Positions 9,521 through 20,014 are shown, counted from the stretch's first letter. The stretch: 64,000 nucleotides of DNA from an uncultured Candidatus Entotheonella sp. (GCA_965215335.1 CBDCDA010000001.1:1504001-1568000); one strand, 5' to 3'. The notes: generated from the letters alone by a model not told the origin. Numbers and translations are program-made.

Positions 9521-9928
9521 TCACACCGCCTTGGCGAACAGCACCAGCCCCAGGATGGCGACGGCGACGTAAGCCGCCAGAACCGCGGCGCCGGGGTAGT
9601 CCTTGGCGAGCCGCTGGCCGAAGAACAGGCAGAGCAGTGCCAGCAGCGCCAGCTCAAGCCCGGCGATGGCGAGGCCGCTGCTCGTGCCGATGAGCAGCAG
9701 GATGAACCCGACGCCGCAGCACAGGCCGGTGACGGTTTCCAGAGCGGTGATGAGCCAGAACATCAGCGGCACCACGCCGCGCAGCGGGCTGGCGGCAAAA
9801 TGGCCGTTGAGGAACGCCAGGTTGCCCTGGCCGTCGATGAGCTTGTCGGCCGCCGACTGCAAGAACGCAATCGCAAAGAACGCCGTCACCGCCAGTTGTC
9901 CGAACCACAAGGGTTCTAACCGATCCAT
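9521..9928 (-). CDS. DoxX-like membrane protein
   Basis: 4 TM helices; FLQSAADK, FFGQRLAKDY.GAA; start may be 9955. Confidence 0.8.
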   Translation of the reverse strand: MDRLEPLWFGQLAVTAFFAIAFLQSAADKLIDGQGNLAFLNGHFAASPLRGVVPLMFWLITALETVTGLCCGVGFILLLIGTSSGLAIAGLELALLALLCLFFGQRLAKDYPGAAVLAAYVAVAILGLVLFAKAV

Positions 9929-9967
9929 GGTTGCCCCCTTCCCATTGGTACTCACCTCGCCCCCACC

Positions 9968-10912
9968 TCACGCTGGCACGCCGGGCCGCACGTCGCTGGT
10001 GAAGCGGTCCATGACGCGCTGTATCTCGGCAATGTCCGACGTCATGATGTCGAACACCATGTGGCTGACGCCGCAATCGGCATACCGTGCGATGTCGTCC
10101 TGGATGGCGGCGGGGCTGCCGGTGAGCGGCCGGCGGTCGGCCCCGGCGTTGTCGGCAAAGACGATGGGGCCGCGGAACGAGATGGTCACGTCCTGCGGGT
10201 TGCGGCCCACCCGGCTGGCTTCATCGCGCAGGCGCGTCGCCGCGCTCTTCATCTCGTCGGGCGTCAGGTTGGCGGGCGGCCGCAGACCGATGGGGTGCCA
10301 GCCGTCGCCCAGGCGAGCGGCGCGGCGAATGGCCGGGCCGGTGTGGCCGCCGATCCAGATCGGCGGGTGCGGGCTTCGCACCGGGCGCGGTGCGAAGCCG
10401 ATGTTGTCAAAGCGCACGTGCTCGCCGTGGAAGCTGGGCAAATCGTCGGTCCACAGGGTACGGAAGACGCGGATATATTCGTCGCTGACGGCGCCACGCT
10501 GCCGGAAGGTGTCCAGGCCGAGCGCCTCGAATTCCTCCTCCATCCAGCCCACGCCGACGCCGAGAATGACCCGCCCGCCCGACAGGGTGTCGAGGGTGGA
10601 GACGATCTTGGCAGTCAGCAGCGCGTTGCGGTAGGGCAGGATGAGCACGCTGGTGCCGAGTTGCACGCGCGCCGTGCACGCCGCCAGGTAGGTCAGCGTG
10701 GTCAGCGGCTCGTAGTAATCCTGCTCCGGCGCGGCGGGAAAGGCGCCGTTCGGGTCATACGGGTAGAACGACTCGATCTGCTGCGGCACGATGATGTGAT
10801 CGCTTACCCAGATCGAGTCCAGGCCCACCGTCTCGGCATGCTGCGCCAGCAGCCGCAGATTGTCCGTCGTGGTCGTCGCTCCCCGGCTGGGAAGGCTTAC
10901 CCCAAACTCCAT
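9968..10912 (-). CDS. LLM-class (probably F420-dependent) oxidoreductase
   Basis: DSIWVSDH, LGTSVLILPYRN, LSGGRVILGVGVGW, PPIWIGG, RAARLGDGWHP. Confidence 0.9.
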   Translation of the reverse strand: MEFGVSLPSRGATTTTDNLRLLAQHAETVGLDSIWVSDHIIVPQQIESFYPYDPNGAFPAAPEQDYYEPLTTLTYLAACTARVQLGTSVLILPYRNALLTAKIVSTLDTLSGGRVILGVGVGWMEEEFEALGLDTFRQRGAVSDEYIRVFRTLWTDDLPSFHGEHVRFDNIGFAPRPVRSPHPPIWIGGHTGPAIRRAARLGDGWHPIGLRPPANLTPDEMKSAATRLRDEASRVGRNPQDVTISFRGPIVFADNAGADRRPLTGSPAAIQDDIARYADCGVSHMVFDIMTSDIAEIQRVMDRFTSDVRPGVPA

Positions 10913-11098
10913 TCGTGATTCTCCTTGTGCGTGGTTTCATGCGGTCGCGCGGCCTGCCCGTCGCTGGCTTCGCCGGGCTGCTTTGTAGCATGACATGCCA
11001 CCCGCGGGCAACATGACCGCCGCCTTGTTGCCCCTCATAAACTCCGTTACACTGCCCGTACCCCACATCGGCGAGCCTGGACGAAAGGAACGAAATCC

Positions 11099-12520
11099 AT
11101 GGACACTCACACCGCCATCGCGGCTCTGGAAGCCATCGTCGGCCCGCGGCACGTGCTCACGTCGCGCGCCGAGCGCGCCGTGTACGGCTACGACGCCTCG
11201 GTGTTTCGCGGCACCGAATTGCTGGCGGTGGTGCTGCCGACGACGGCCGAGGAGATCTCCCGCCTGGTCGTGTGGTGCCGGGACCACGGCGTGCCGTACG
11301 TGGCGCGCGGCACCGGCACCGGCATCAGCGGCGGCGCCATCCCTACCCACGGCGGCGTGGTCATCGAATTGGCGCTCATGAACCAGGTGCTGGAGATCGA
11401 CCTGGCCAACCGCCTGGCCGTCGTGCAGCCCGGCGTGGTCAACCAGGACCTCAAGCAGCGCGTTCACGAGCACGGTTACGCCTACACCTACGTGCCCGAC
11501 CCCGGCAGCCAGGTGGTCTCGACCATCGGCGGCAACGTGGCCACCAACGCTGGCGGCATGCACTGCCTGAAGTACGGCATCACCGGCAATCACATCCTCG
11601 GGCTGGAGATGGTGCTGCCCGACGGCGACATCGTGACAGTGGGCGGCAAGGCGGTGGATCAGCCGGGCGCCGACCTGACCGGGCTGCTGGTCGGCTCGGA
11701 AGGCACCCTCGGGGTCGTCACCAAGATCATCGTGCGCCTGTTGCAAATGCCCGAAGCGGTCACCACCCACCTGGCGCTGTTCAAAACCGTGGACGACGCG
11801 GCCAACACGGTCTCCGTCATCATCGGTTCCGGGCTGCTGCCGGCCGCCATGGAGCTGCTGGACAAGTCGATCATGCAGGCCGTGGACAAGGCCGTGCACG
11901 TCGGTTTCCCGGCACACGCCGGTGCGGCCCTGATTATCGAGCTGGACGGCTTCAGCGAGGACATGGCCCGCAACGCCGACCTGGTGGCGGAGATCTGCAA
12001 GACGCATGACGTCATTTCCTTTGAGACCGAGACGGGTATCGAGGCGGGCCAGCGGCTGTGGCTGTGCCGTCGGGCGGCGTTCGGTGCCATGGCGCGGCTC
12101 GATACGGACGTCTATATCGTTGACGGCTGCGTGCCGCGCACCCAATTGCCCGAGGCACTGCGGCGCGTGACGGCCATCGCCGAGCGCTACGACCTGCCGA
12201 TCGTCAACGTGGCGCACGCCGGTGACGGTAACCTGCACCCGTCGATTCCCTTCAACAAGCGCCGCGCCGGCGACACGGAGCGGGTGCTGGAGGCCGGGCG
12301 CGAAATCCTGGAGGCGTGCGTCGAGCTTGGCGGCAGCATCACCGGCGAGCACGGCGTCGGCATGGAGAAACAGAACGAAATGACCTTGATGTTCACCCCT
12401 GCCGAGTTGCAGGTCATGCGGCGCATCAAGTTCGCCCACGACCCCGACGACCTGTGCAATCCCAAGAAGATTTTCCCGCTGAGCCTCTTGCCAGCAAGCT
12501 TTGATGAGGCCGCCTCATGA
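11099..12520 (+). CDS. glcD: Glycolate oxidase subunit GlcD-like FAD-linked oxidase
   Basis: ARGTGTGISGG, PDPGS, TIGGNVATNAGG.HCLKYG, GSEGTLG, HAGDGNLHP, GEHGVG. Confidence 0.85.
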   Translation: MDTHTAIAALEAIVGPRHVLTSRAERAVYGYDASVFRGTELLAVVLPTTAEEISRLVVWCRDHGVPYVARGTGTGISGGAIPTHGGVVIELALMNQVLEIDLANRLAVVQPGVVNQDLKQRVHEHGYAYTYVPDPGSQVVSTIGGNVATNAGGMHCLKYGITGNHILGLEMVLPDGDIVTVGGKAVDQPGADLTGLLVGSEGTLGVVTKIIVRLLQMPEAVTTHLALFKTVDDAANTVSVIIGSGLLPAAMELLDKSIMQAVDKAVHVGFPAHAGAALIIELDGFSEDMARNADLVAEICKTHDVISFETETGIEAGQRLWLCRRAAFGAMARLDTDVYIVDGCVPRTQLPEALRRVTAIAERYDLPIVNVAHAGDGNLHPSIPFNKRRAGDTERVLEAGREILEACVELGGSITGEHGVGMEKQNEMTLMFTPAELQVMRRIKFAHDPDDLCNPKKIFPLSLLPASFDEAAS

Positions 12521-13866
12521 CGTCCGCCCCGACGGCTTTGCACCATCGCTTGACGACCCTGCTCGGTACTGAGAACGCCTGGATGGACGCGACGATAACC
12601 GCCGGCCACGCGGTGGCGTCGCGGCGTCCGGCGGTCGTGGCGGCGCCTTGTACGGCCGAGCAGGTCGCCGCGGTCCTGGAGCTGGCGTCGCGCGAAAAGC
12701 TGGGCGTGGTGCCATGGGGTCGTGGCACGCAGATGCACCTGGGGCCGCGGCCTGCTGAATACGACGTGGCGCTGTCGCTGAAACATCTGACCCGCGTGCT
12801 GGCGTATGACAGCGCCAACCTGACGCTGACCGCCGAGGCCGGGTTGGCGCTGCGCGAGGTGTACCGGCTGACCATTCCGGGGCGTCAGTTTCTACCGCTG
12901 GGCTGTCCGGGCAGCGAAGCCAGCCTGGGCGGCCTGCTGGTGACCAATACCAGCGGCGTCAAGCGGCTGCGCTACGGCGGCATGCGGGACCTGCTGCTGG
13001 GCATCCGGGTAGCGCTGCCGGAGGGAGAATTGCTGCGCTACGGCGGGCGGGTGGTGAAAAACGTCGCCGGCTACGACCTGTGCAAACTGTACATAGGCTC
13101 GCTGGGCGCGTTCGGCGTGGTGACGGAAGCGACGTTTCGCCTGTCGATGCTGCCGGAGGATGAACGTCTGCTGGTTGTCGCGTTTCCGACGCTGGCGCAG
13201 GGCATGGCCGCCACAACCATGCTGCGCACCGCGGCGCTGTTGCCGTCCACCATCGCGTTGGTCTCGGCGGCAGGGTGGACGGATTCCCTGCCCGTGAGTC
13301 TGCACTCGGGGCAGGTGGCGTTGCTGGTGCACGTGGACGGGTCGCACGAATCGGTGCGGCGTCAGATCGTCGAGGGCGAGGCGATTTGCAACGCGCACGG
13401 GGCCACGGAAGCCGCCACGCTGAGCAGCGAGGCGCTGCTGACGATGTGGGAACGGCAGGAGGTGTGGCGGACGGCTTCCCCCGCTCCGGCGTTGCTGCAG
13501 GTGCGCGTCGGGGTGCCGCCGTCCGGTGTGGAAACGGCGCTCGCCCTGCTGGACGAGACGCCGGGGTTCTGCCGGGAGCCTGTCGGGTGGCTGGCGGACG
13601 CCGGTATCGGCTCGGTGACCGCCCGGTTGCCGATCAATGAGCAGGCGGATGACCTGACAGAACAGGTGCAGGCGTGGCTGGGCGGGATTCGAGCGCGGCT
13701 TGATGACCAGCAGGGGTTTGTCGTGGTGGAGTCGGTGCCGGAAGCCTTGATTGCCCAGCTCGACGTATGGGGCACGCCGCCGGGCACCGGACTTCTGAAG
13801 CGATACAAGAGCCGGTTCGATCCGCAGGGCCTTCTGAATCGCGGGCGCTACGTGGGCGGGCTGTGA
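12517..13866 (+). CDS. glcE: Glycolate oxidase subunit GlcE-like FAD-binding protein
   Basis: ATGA overlap with glcD; GGRVVKNVAGYDL.KLYIGSLG, FDPQGLLNRGR. Confidence 0.82.
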   Translation: MTSAPTALHHRLTTLLGTENAWMDATITAGHAVASRRPAVVAAPCTAEQVAAVLELASREKLGVVPWGRGTQMHLGPRPAEYDVALSLKHLTRVLAYDSANLTLTAEAGLALREVYRLTIPGRQFLPLGCPGSEASLGGLLVTNTSGVKRLRYGGMRDLLLGIRVALPEGELLRYGGRVVKNVAGYDLCKLYIGSLGAFGVVTEATFRLSMLPEDERLLVVAFPTLAQGMAATTMLRTAALLPSTIALVSAAGWTDSLPVSLHSGQVALLVHVDGSHESVRRQIVEGEAICNAHGATEAATLSSEALLTMWERQEVWRTASPAPALLQVRVGVPPSGVETALALLDETPGFCREPVGWLADAGIGSVTARLPINEQADDLTEQVQAWLGGIRARLDDQQGFVVVESVPEALIAQLDVWGTPPGTGLLKRYKSRFDPQGLLNRGRYVGGL

Positions 13867-13876
13867 GGGACGGTCG

Positions 13877-15034
13877 TCACCAGAGATGGGCGGACGCCAG
13901 CTTGGCGCCCTCGCTCAGGGTGCGGAGCTTGGCCCACACCACCAGGGGTGCGACGTTCTCCGAGCCGGCAAACGTTCCGAAGCCGCAATCGGTCGAGGCG
14001 ATCACCCGGCTGCGGCCCTTCGCCACCTCCACGGCCTGCACGATGCGGTTGGCCACCACTTCTGGATGCTCCACGTAATTGACCGTTGAATCAATGACGC
14101 CCGGCAGCAGCAGCATGCCGTCCGGCAGCGGATATTGCTTGAAGACGCGGCTTTCGTGCTGGTGCCGCGGATTGGCGAGCTCGATGGAAAGGGCGCCGAC
14201 GTGCGCCCCGTACAGCAGTGGCAGGATGTCTTCCAGGGCCACGTCGTGGATGTGTGGTCCGTCGTAGTTGCCCCAGCAGACGTGCAGGCGGATGCGCTCC
14301 GGCGGGATGTTGCGTATCGCCCGGTTGATGGCCTCGACGTGCATCTCGACCATCTCCTGGAAGCGCCGCAGGGACTCGTTCTGGAAATAGTATGTCCGCT
14401 CCATGGCCAGGTCGGGGCAGTCGATCTGCAGGATCAGCCCCTTGGCGTGAATCAACTCGTACTCCTTACGCATCTGCTCGGCCAAGGCGAAGACGTAGCG
14501 CTCGTGCGACTCGTAGTGGGCGTTCAGCAGCGTGGTGGCGATGATGCCGGGCGAGGCCGCGGTCATGAAGCGCTCGGTGAAGGGGCGCGGCGCCTGCTCG
14601 GTACTGTTCAGAAAGACGGCGCACTCGTTTTCGGCGGCGCTCAGGTCGGTGTATTGCACCTCGGCAAGCGCTCGCGGGGCGTTGAAGATCTTGGCGGCAC
14701 TGCGGCGGCGGGCCTTGATGATGGCGGCGTAGTCCGGGAAGTCCTGCCAATCTTGCGGCTGCGGCCGGGCGCTCTCGCCACCGAAGCCGTGCATGCGCTG
14801 CGCCACGTACGTCTGAAAGCCCACGCGCGGCTGCTCGCCGTCGTTGCCGATGTCGATACCCGCTTCCAGCTGCTGGCGCACCACCTCGTCAACCGCGGTT
14901 TCGATCTGCCGTTGCATGTCGCCCTTGTCGATGGCCTCGCCGCGTTCCTGCCTGATGAGCAGGTCGGCCAACGGCCTGGGCCGCGGCAGACTGCCGACAT
15001 GGGTCGTCAGAATCCGTTGTTCGCTGGTTTGCAT
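13877..15034 (-). CDS. Cobalamin-independent methionine synthase II family (core MetE-like)
   Basis: TTHVGSLPRP, DGEQ, LQIDCPD, HVCWGNY.GPH, PGVID, STDCGFG. Confidence 0.9.
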   Translation of the reverse strand: MQTSEQRILTTHVGSLPRPRPLADLLIRQERGEAIDKGDMQRQIETAVDEVVRQQLEAGIDIGNDGEQPRVGFQTYVAQRMHGFGGESARPQPQDWQDFPDYAAIIKARRRSAAKIFNAPRALAEVQYTDLSAAENECAVFLNSTEQAPRPFTERFMTAASPGIIATTLLNAHYESHERYVFALAEQMRKEYELIHAKGLILQIDCPDLAMERTYYFQNESLRRFQEMVEMHVEAINRAIRNIPPERIRLHVCWGNYDGPHIHDVALEDILPLLYGAHVGALSIELANPRHQHESRVFKQYPLPDGMLLLPGVIDSTVNYVEHPEVVANRIVQAVEVAKGRSRVIASTDCGFGTFAGSENVAPLVVWAKLRTLSEGAKLASAHLW

Positions 15035-15210
15035 GCTACCCTCTGGTTGTCAGGTGCGTTCCGTTCGCTGCGAACCCATCAGGTGTACAGATAACCGGGT
15101 CCTCGAAAGCCTTGCGGCAGAGTGCTTCAATGCGGCATGGCAATATGAGTACAATTCCACTCGTCCTCCGTTTCGGGAGACGCGCTTGCTGAGCTTGCGC
15201 AGCTCCGAAA

Positions 15211-16659
15211 TCAGCGCTTCCAGAAGTCTGGCACGAACAGCACCAGCAAGGTAAAGATTTCCAGCCGTCCCAGCAACATGGCGACGCACATCGCCCACTT
15301 CGACACGGCGCCGATGTCGTCGTAGTGGTTTCCCACCGCCCAGAAACCGTGCCCCAGATTGTTCAGGCACGCCGCCACCGCGGCAAAGGCCGACAGCAGG
15401 TCGAGGCCGTCGACCGTCAGCACCAGCATCATCAGTGCAAAGCAGGCCGCGTAAATGGCGAAGAAACCCCACATCGCCTCGAGGACTTTGTCCGGCAGGG
15501 TCGTCTTGCCGATCCGAATGACGAAAATGCCGTTGGGGTGAATGAGCCGCTGGATTTCCCGCAGGGCGTGTTTGATCAGTAGGATGAGGCGAATGACCTT
15601 CACGCCGCCGGCCGTCGACCCCGTGCAGCCGCCGATGAAACTCGCGAACAGCAGAATCAGGAGCAATGCCGACGGCCATTGTTCGTAAGCGGTGGCGCTG
15701 AAGCCCGCGGTAATGCCGATAGATACCGCATGGAATGCCGCGTAATGCCAGGCCTCGACGACGTCATAGGCGTTGACGTAAACCAGGCCGACGAAGCTGT
15801 AGACGGCCACCACGCCGAGGATGATCAGGTAGACTTTCCATTCCGGATCTTCCGTGTATGCCGACCTGTGGCGGCTCTGCAGGGCCAGGTAGTGCAGCGA
15901 GAATTTCGTGCCCGAAATCAGCATGAAGACGACACAGATCAATTCGATGGTGGCGCTGTCGAAGTAGCCGATGCTGTCGTCGTGGGTCGAGAAGCCGCCG
16001 AGGGCGACGGTCGAGAAGCTGTGGCCGATGGCGTCGAACAGGCTCATGCCGGCCAGCCAGTAGGCGGCGGCGCAGGCGAGGGTCAGACCGAAATAGATGT
16101 ACCATAGAGTCTTGGCCGTTTCGGCGATGCGCGGCGTCAGCTTGGCGTCCTTGACCGGGCCGGGGATTTCGGCGCGGTACAGCAGCATGCCGCCGACGCC
16201 GAGCATGGGCAACACGGCCACCGCCAGCACGATGATACCCATGCCGCCCAGCCACTGCAGGAACTGGCGATAGAACAGCAGAGCGTGCGGCATGGCGTCG
16301 AGGCCGCTCAGCACCGTGGCGCCGGTGGTGGTGAGGCCGGAAAAGGACTCGAACATCGCGTTGGTAAACGAAATGCCCAACCCCGGCATGGCATGGAACG
16401 GCAAGGCACCGAAGAGACCAAGTACGATCCAGAACAGCACCACGGTCAGGAAGCCGTCGCGCACCCGCAATTCCTCTCGGTGCTGGCGGAACACCTGCCA
16501 CAGCACAACCCCGGTGATGAGCGTGATACAGAAGGAAAGGACGAACGACCCGGCGCCGCCGTCCTGGTAAATAAGGGCGACGACCACGGGCGGAAGCATC
16601 GTGAGGCTGAACAGGGCCAACAGGATGCCGACGACGCGGAAGATGGTTTTACCTTGCAT
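15211..16659 (-). CDS. trkH: Trk system potassium uptake protein
   Basis: FESFSGLTTTGAT, LQWLGGMGIIV, KLTPRIAETAK, GGFSTHD, GSTAGGVK, GRLEIFT. Confidence 0.93.
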   Translation of the reverse strand: MQGKTIFRVVGILLALFSLTMLPPVVVALIYQDGGAGSFVLSFCITLITGVVLWQVFRQHREELRVRDGFLTVVLFWIVLGLFGALPFHAMPGLGISFTNAMFESFSGLTTTGATVLSGLDAMPHALLFYRQFLQWLGGMGIIVLAVAVLPMLGVGGMLLYRAEIPGPVKDAKLTPRIAETAKTLWYIYFGLTLACAAAYWLAGMSLFDAIGHSFSTVALGGFSTHDDSIGYFDSATIELICVVFMLISGTKFSLHYLALQSRHRSAYTEDPEWKVYLIILGVVAVYSFVGLVYVNAYDVVEAWHYAAFHAVSIGITAGFSATAYEQWPSALLLILLFASFIGGCTGSTAGGVKVIRLILLIKHALREIQRLIHPNGIFVIRIGKTTLPDKVLEAMWGFFAIYAACFALMMLVLTVDGLDLLSAFAAVAACLNNLGHGFWAVGNHYDDIGAVSKWAMCVAMLLGRLEIFTLLVLFVPDFWKR

Positions 16660-16678
16660 GCTCAGCACTCATAGGGGG

Positions 16679-16795
16679 CCCGCACACCTTGACCCTCCCC
16701 CCTCGGGGGGAAGGGAATTGCCCGCTCCCTGGCCCGCTTTCATGGGGGTACCGCTGCTTCCTCTCCTCTGGCGGGAGAGGGCTGGGGTGAAGGGG
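16679..16795. repeat. Degenerate inverted pair of palindromic intergenic repeats (CCCTCTCCC-N-GGGAGAGGG type)
   Basis: ACCCTCCCCCCTCGGGGGGAAGGG in the left arm and CCTCTCCTCTGGCGGGAGAGGGCTGGGGTGAAGGGG in the right arm. Confidence 0.6.
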
Positions 16796-16847
16796 ATTGT
16801 AGTCACATGCCTTGCGGGGTCAAATGCAGCCTGCGCCGGCCGGCGGC

Positions 16848-16876
16848 TTGCACCCCACCCTGTAAACTACTATAAA
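16848..16876 (+). promoter_or_regulatory. Putative sigma70 promoter of the Ldh2-family gene
   Basis: TTGCAC-N17-TATAAA about 60 nt upstream of the start. Confidence 0.55.
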
Positions 16877-16937
16877 AGTCGGCCAGTTTCGACCGTACCC
16901 TGCCGTCCGAACACCACCCGAATCAAAGGAGGCCGCC

Positions 16938-17996
16938 GTGCCAACGTTTGCTGCGTTGGACCTGCAACGTCTGACCGAAGAAGTCTTTCACGCCGTCGGA
17001 TTTCCGCGCCAGGAGGCCGCGACGATCGCCGAAATCATGGTGCAGGCCAACCTGGCGGGGCACGATTCGCACGGCGTCATTCACATCCCGGGCTACGTCG
17101 GGCGCATTCGTAGCGGTCACGTGCGGCCGGGGGCGGCGGTGGAAGTGGTGCACGAGACCTCGACGACGGCCGTGCTGGACGGCCATTTCACCATGGGGCA
17201 CGTAGCAGCCAGCAAGGCGATGCAGTTGGCCATCAGCAAGGCGCGGGTGCACGCCGTCGCGGCCGTCGGAGTGCACAATCTCAATCACATCGGCCGCATC
17301 GGCGCCTACCCGGCGATGGCCGCCGGGGCCGGCATGGGCGCCATCGTCACGGCATCGGCCGGCGGTGCCGGCAAGCTTGTCACGCCGTTCCTGGGCATGC
17401 AGCCCCGCTTGGCTACCAACCCCATCGCCGTGGCCTTCCCCAATCCGGCCGGCGCGCCGCTGTTACTCGACATGGCCACGTCGGCTGCGGCAGCCGGCAG
17501 AATTCGCCTGATGATGAACCGCGGTCATGAGACCGGAACGGGCTGGATCATCAACAAAGACGGCCTGCCGACCCGCGATCCGGCGGATTTCTATGCCGGC
17601 GGCATGGCCCTGCCCTTGGGCGGCGACCAGGGTCACAAGGGCTACGGTCTGGCGGTCATGGTGGAAGTGCTGTCCGGCATCCTGGCGCGCACCGGAACCG
17701 CGGCCAAGGAGCGCCAGGACCTCAACAACGGCACCTTCATGATCGTCATCGACATCACCGCCTTCCTGCCCCTGGAGCAGTTTCACGCCGAAATGGCCGA
17801 GCTGGTCGACTATCTGCACGACACGACACCGGCGCCCGGGCAGGAGCGCGTTATGGTGCCGGGCGAGTACGAGGCGCGCAACGAGGCCGCCCGTCGCCGC
17901 GACGGTATCCCGGTCGAGGACGAGACGTGGCGTCAGATTCGCGACACCGTGGAAGAGATCGGGATCGCCTCGGCCCTGCCCAGCCCACTGGCCTGA
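16938..17996 (+). CDS. Ldh2-family (malate/L-lactate/ureidoglycolate) dehydrogenase
   Basis: GHDSHG, NHIGRIG, TNPIA, LDMATS, GHKGYGL, VMVPGE; AAGGAGG RBS. Confidence 0.92.
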   Translation: MPTFAALDLQRLTEEVFHAVGFPRQEAATIAEIMVQANLAGHDSHGVIHIPGYVGRIRSGHVRPGAAVEVVHETSTTAVLDGHFTMGHVAASKAMQLAISKARVHAVAAVGVHNLNHIGRIGAYPAMAAGAGMGAIVTASAGGAGKLVTPFLGMQPRLATNPIAVAFPNPAGAPLLLDMATSAAAAGRIRLMMNRGHETGTGWIINKDGLPTRDPADFYAGGMALPLGGDQGHKGYGLAVMVEVLSGILARTGTAAKERQDLNNGTFMIVIDITAFLPLEQFHAEMAELVDYLHDTTPAPGQERVMVPGEYEARNEAARRRDGIPVEDETWRQIRDTVEEIGIASALPSPLA

Positions 17997-18093
17997 TGGC
18001 CCGCGACCGTTTTTGCGTCGCGATGCGTTCGTATGCGAGAATACGCGGCACGCAGCGCGTGATCCGGTTTCAGCAAGCAATGGAGGGTGAATT

Positions 18094-18846
18094 ATGTCCG
18101 GTCATTCCAAATGGTCGACCATCAAGCACAAAAAGGCCATGGTGGATGCACGCCGTGGCAAGATGTTCACCAAGCTGATCCGCGAGCTGACGTCGGCCGC
18201 CCGCGCCGGTGGGGGCGATCCGGACGCCAACCCGCGGCTGCGCACCGCAGTGGCATCAGCCAAGGGTGCCAATATGCCGTCCGACACCATCCAGCGCGCC
18301 ATCCAGAAGGGGACCGGCGACATCGCTGGCGAGACGTACGAGGAAGTGACCTATGAGGGCTACGGCGCCGGCGGCGTGGCTGTTCTGGTCGATACGCTGA
18401 CCGACAACAAGAACCGCACGGTGGCTGAGATTCGCCACCTGTTTGCCAAGCACGGTGGCAGCATGGGCGAGAGCGGCTGCGTCGCGTGGATGTTCCAGCG
18501 GCACGGTTTTTTTGCGCTCGACGCCGGCAGTATTGACGATGATGCCCTTTTCGAACTCGTCCTGGAGGCCGGGGGAGACGATGTCAGGACGGAAAACGAC
18601 CTGTACGAAATCCTGACCCCGCCGGAGGCCTTCGAAGACGTGCGCAGTTCGCTTGAGTCACGGGGCCTCATGCCGGAGGTGGCGGAGGTCACCATGTTGC
18701 CGCAATCGACCGTGTCGGTCGAGGGCAAGCAGGCCGAGCAGGTCCTCCGCCTGATGGAAGCGCTGGACGACCAGGACGACGTGCGGCGCGCCTACGCCAA
18801 TTTCGATATTCCCGACGCCGTCATGGCCGCACTGGCGGCTTCGTAA
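18094..18846 (+). CDS. yebC: YebC/PmpR family protein
   Basis: MSGHSKWSTIKHKK, NPRLR, YEGYG.GG, TDNKNRT. Confidence 0.96.
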   Translation: MSGHSKWSTIKHKKAMVDARRGKMFTKLIRELTSAARAGGGDPDANPRLRTAVASAKGANMPSDTIQRAIQKGTGDIAGETYEEVTYEGYGAGGVAVLVDTLTDNKNRTVAEIRHLFAKHGGSMGESGCVAWMFQRHGFFALDAGSIDDDALFELVLEAGGDDVRTENDLYEILTPPEAFEDVRSSLESRGLMPEVAEVTMLPQSTVSVEGKQAEQVLRLMEALDDQDDVRRAYANFDIPDAVMAALAAS

Positions 18847-18886
18847 TCCACGCCCTGCGAGTGAGCCGTGGGCGGCGGGGGACAGC

Positions 18887-19375
18887 GTGCGTGTGGTAGG
18901 CATTGATCCAGGATCGCTGGTGACCGGTTTCGGCGTCGTGGAGCACGGTGCTGCCGGCATGCAGGCCCTCACCTGGGGCGCTGTGCGCACCCCGGCTCGG
19001 CAGCCGTTGACGGTCCGTCTCAGATACATTTACGAGGGGTTGTCGGAGGTTATCCAGGTCTGGCAGCCCGAGGCCGCCGTGGTGGAAAAGGTCTTCTTCG
19101 CCGAGAACGCCAAGGCTGCCCTGACGCTTGGCCAGGCGCGCGGCGTGGCGCTGCTGACGGTTGCCAACGCCGCGGTTCCGCTGGTCGAGTATTCGGCCCT
19201 GGAGATCAAGCAGGCCGTCGTTGGCTACGGTCGCGCGGCCAAGGAGCAGGTTCAGCATATGGTTCGTGTGCTTCTGAACCTCCCGACGGCACCCCGCCCC
19301 GCTGACGCGGCCGACGCCCTGGCCGCCGCTATTTGCCACCTGCACATCCACGAATGGCGGAAACTGATGCCATGA
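18887..19375 (+). CDS. ruvC: Holliday junction resolvase
   Basis: GIDPG, LGQARG, GYGRAAKEQV, DAADALA. Confidence 0.96.
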   Translation: MRVVGIDPGSLVTGFGVVEHGAAGMQALTWGAVRTPARQPLTVRLRYIYEGLSEVIQVWQPEAAVVEKVFFAENAKAALTLGQARGVALLTVANAAVPLVEYSALEIKQAVVGYGRAAKEQVQHMVRVLLNLPTAPRPADAADALAAAICHLHIHEWRKLMP

Positions 19376-19977
19376 TCGTGCTTCTGCAAGGCCTCCTGAT
19401 GGACAAAACGGTCGAGCACGCGGTGGTCGACGTACGTGGCGTCGGCTACCAGGCGGATATTCCCTTGTCCACCTACTACATACTGCCGGGTTTGGGGGAG
19501 AGCGTGACGCTGCGCACCATCCTGTACGTGCGCGAAGACGCCATGCGGCTGTACGGCTTCGCCACCGAGGCAGAACGCAGCCTCTTCGAGATACTTATTG
19601 CGGTGTCGTCGATCGGTCCGCGCCTGGCCCTCAATATGCTGTCCAGCATTCCCGCGGGCGACCTGCGGGCGTGTATCGCCCAGGCGGAGGTGTCCAGGCT
19701 GCAAACCATTCCCGGCATCGGCCGCAAGACCGCCGAGCGCGTCGTCCTCGAATTGCAGGAAAAGATCGTCAAACTCGACGTGACGCCCGCCGGGCTGCCC
19801 CGCGAGGCAGTCCCGGCGGACGAGCAGGTGGTGGGCGACGTGGTGTCGGCCCTGCTCAATCTGGGATACAAGCGCAACGAGGCGCAGCGCGCCGTGCAGG
19901 CCGTGCGCCGGGAACGGGATGGGCGCCCAGTGCTGGAGACCCTTCTGAAGGATGCGCTGCAACGAATCAGTGGCTAG
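19372..19977 (+). CDS. ruvA: Holliday junction branch migration protein RuvA
   Basis: [33 protein letters not shown] overlap with ruvC. Confidence 0.96.
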   Translation: MIVLLQGLLMDKTVEHAVVDVRGVGYQADIPLSTYYILPGLGESVTLRTILYVREDAMRLYGFATEAERSLFEILIAVSSIGPRLALNMLSSIPAGDLRACIAQAEVSRLQTIPGIGRKTAERVVLELQEKIVKLDVTPAGLPREAVPADEQVVGDVVSALLNLGYKRNEAQRAVQAVRRERDGRPVLETLLKDALQRISG

Positions 19978-20014
19978 CGACCAGGGTCGGTCCACTGGTT
20001 TTTGGAGGCGTCGG

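Noticed and set aside
15035..15210. Cobalamin or SAM riboswitch upstream of the MetE-like gene
   Set aside because: No B12-box or S-box consensus recognisable
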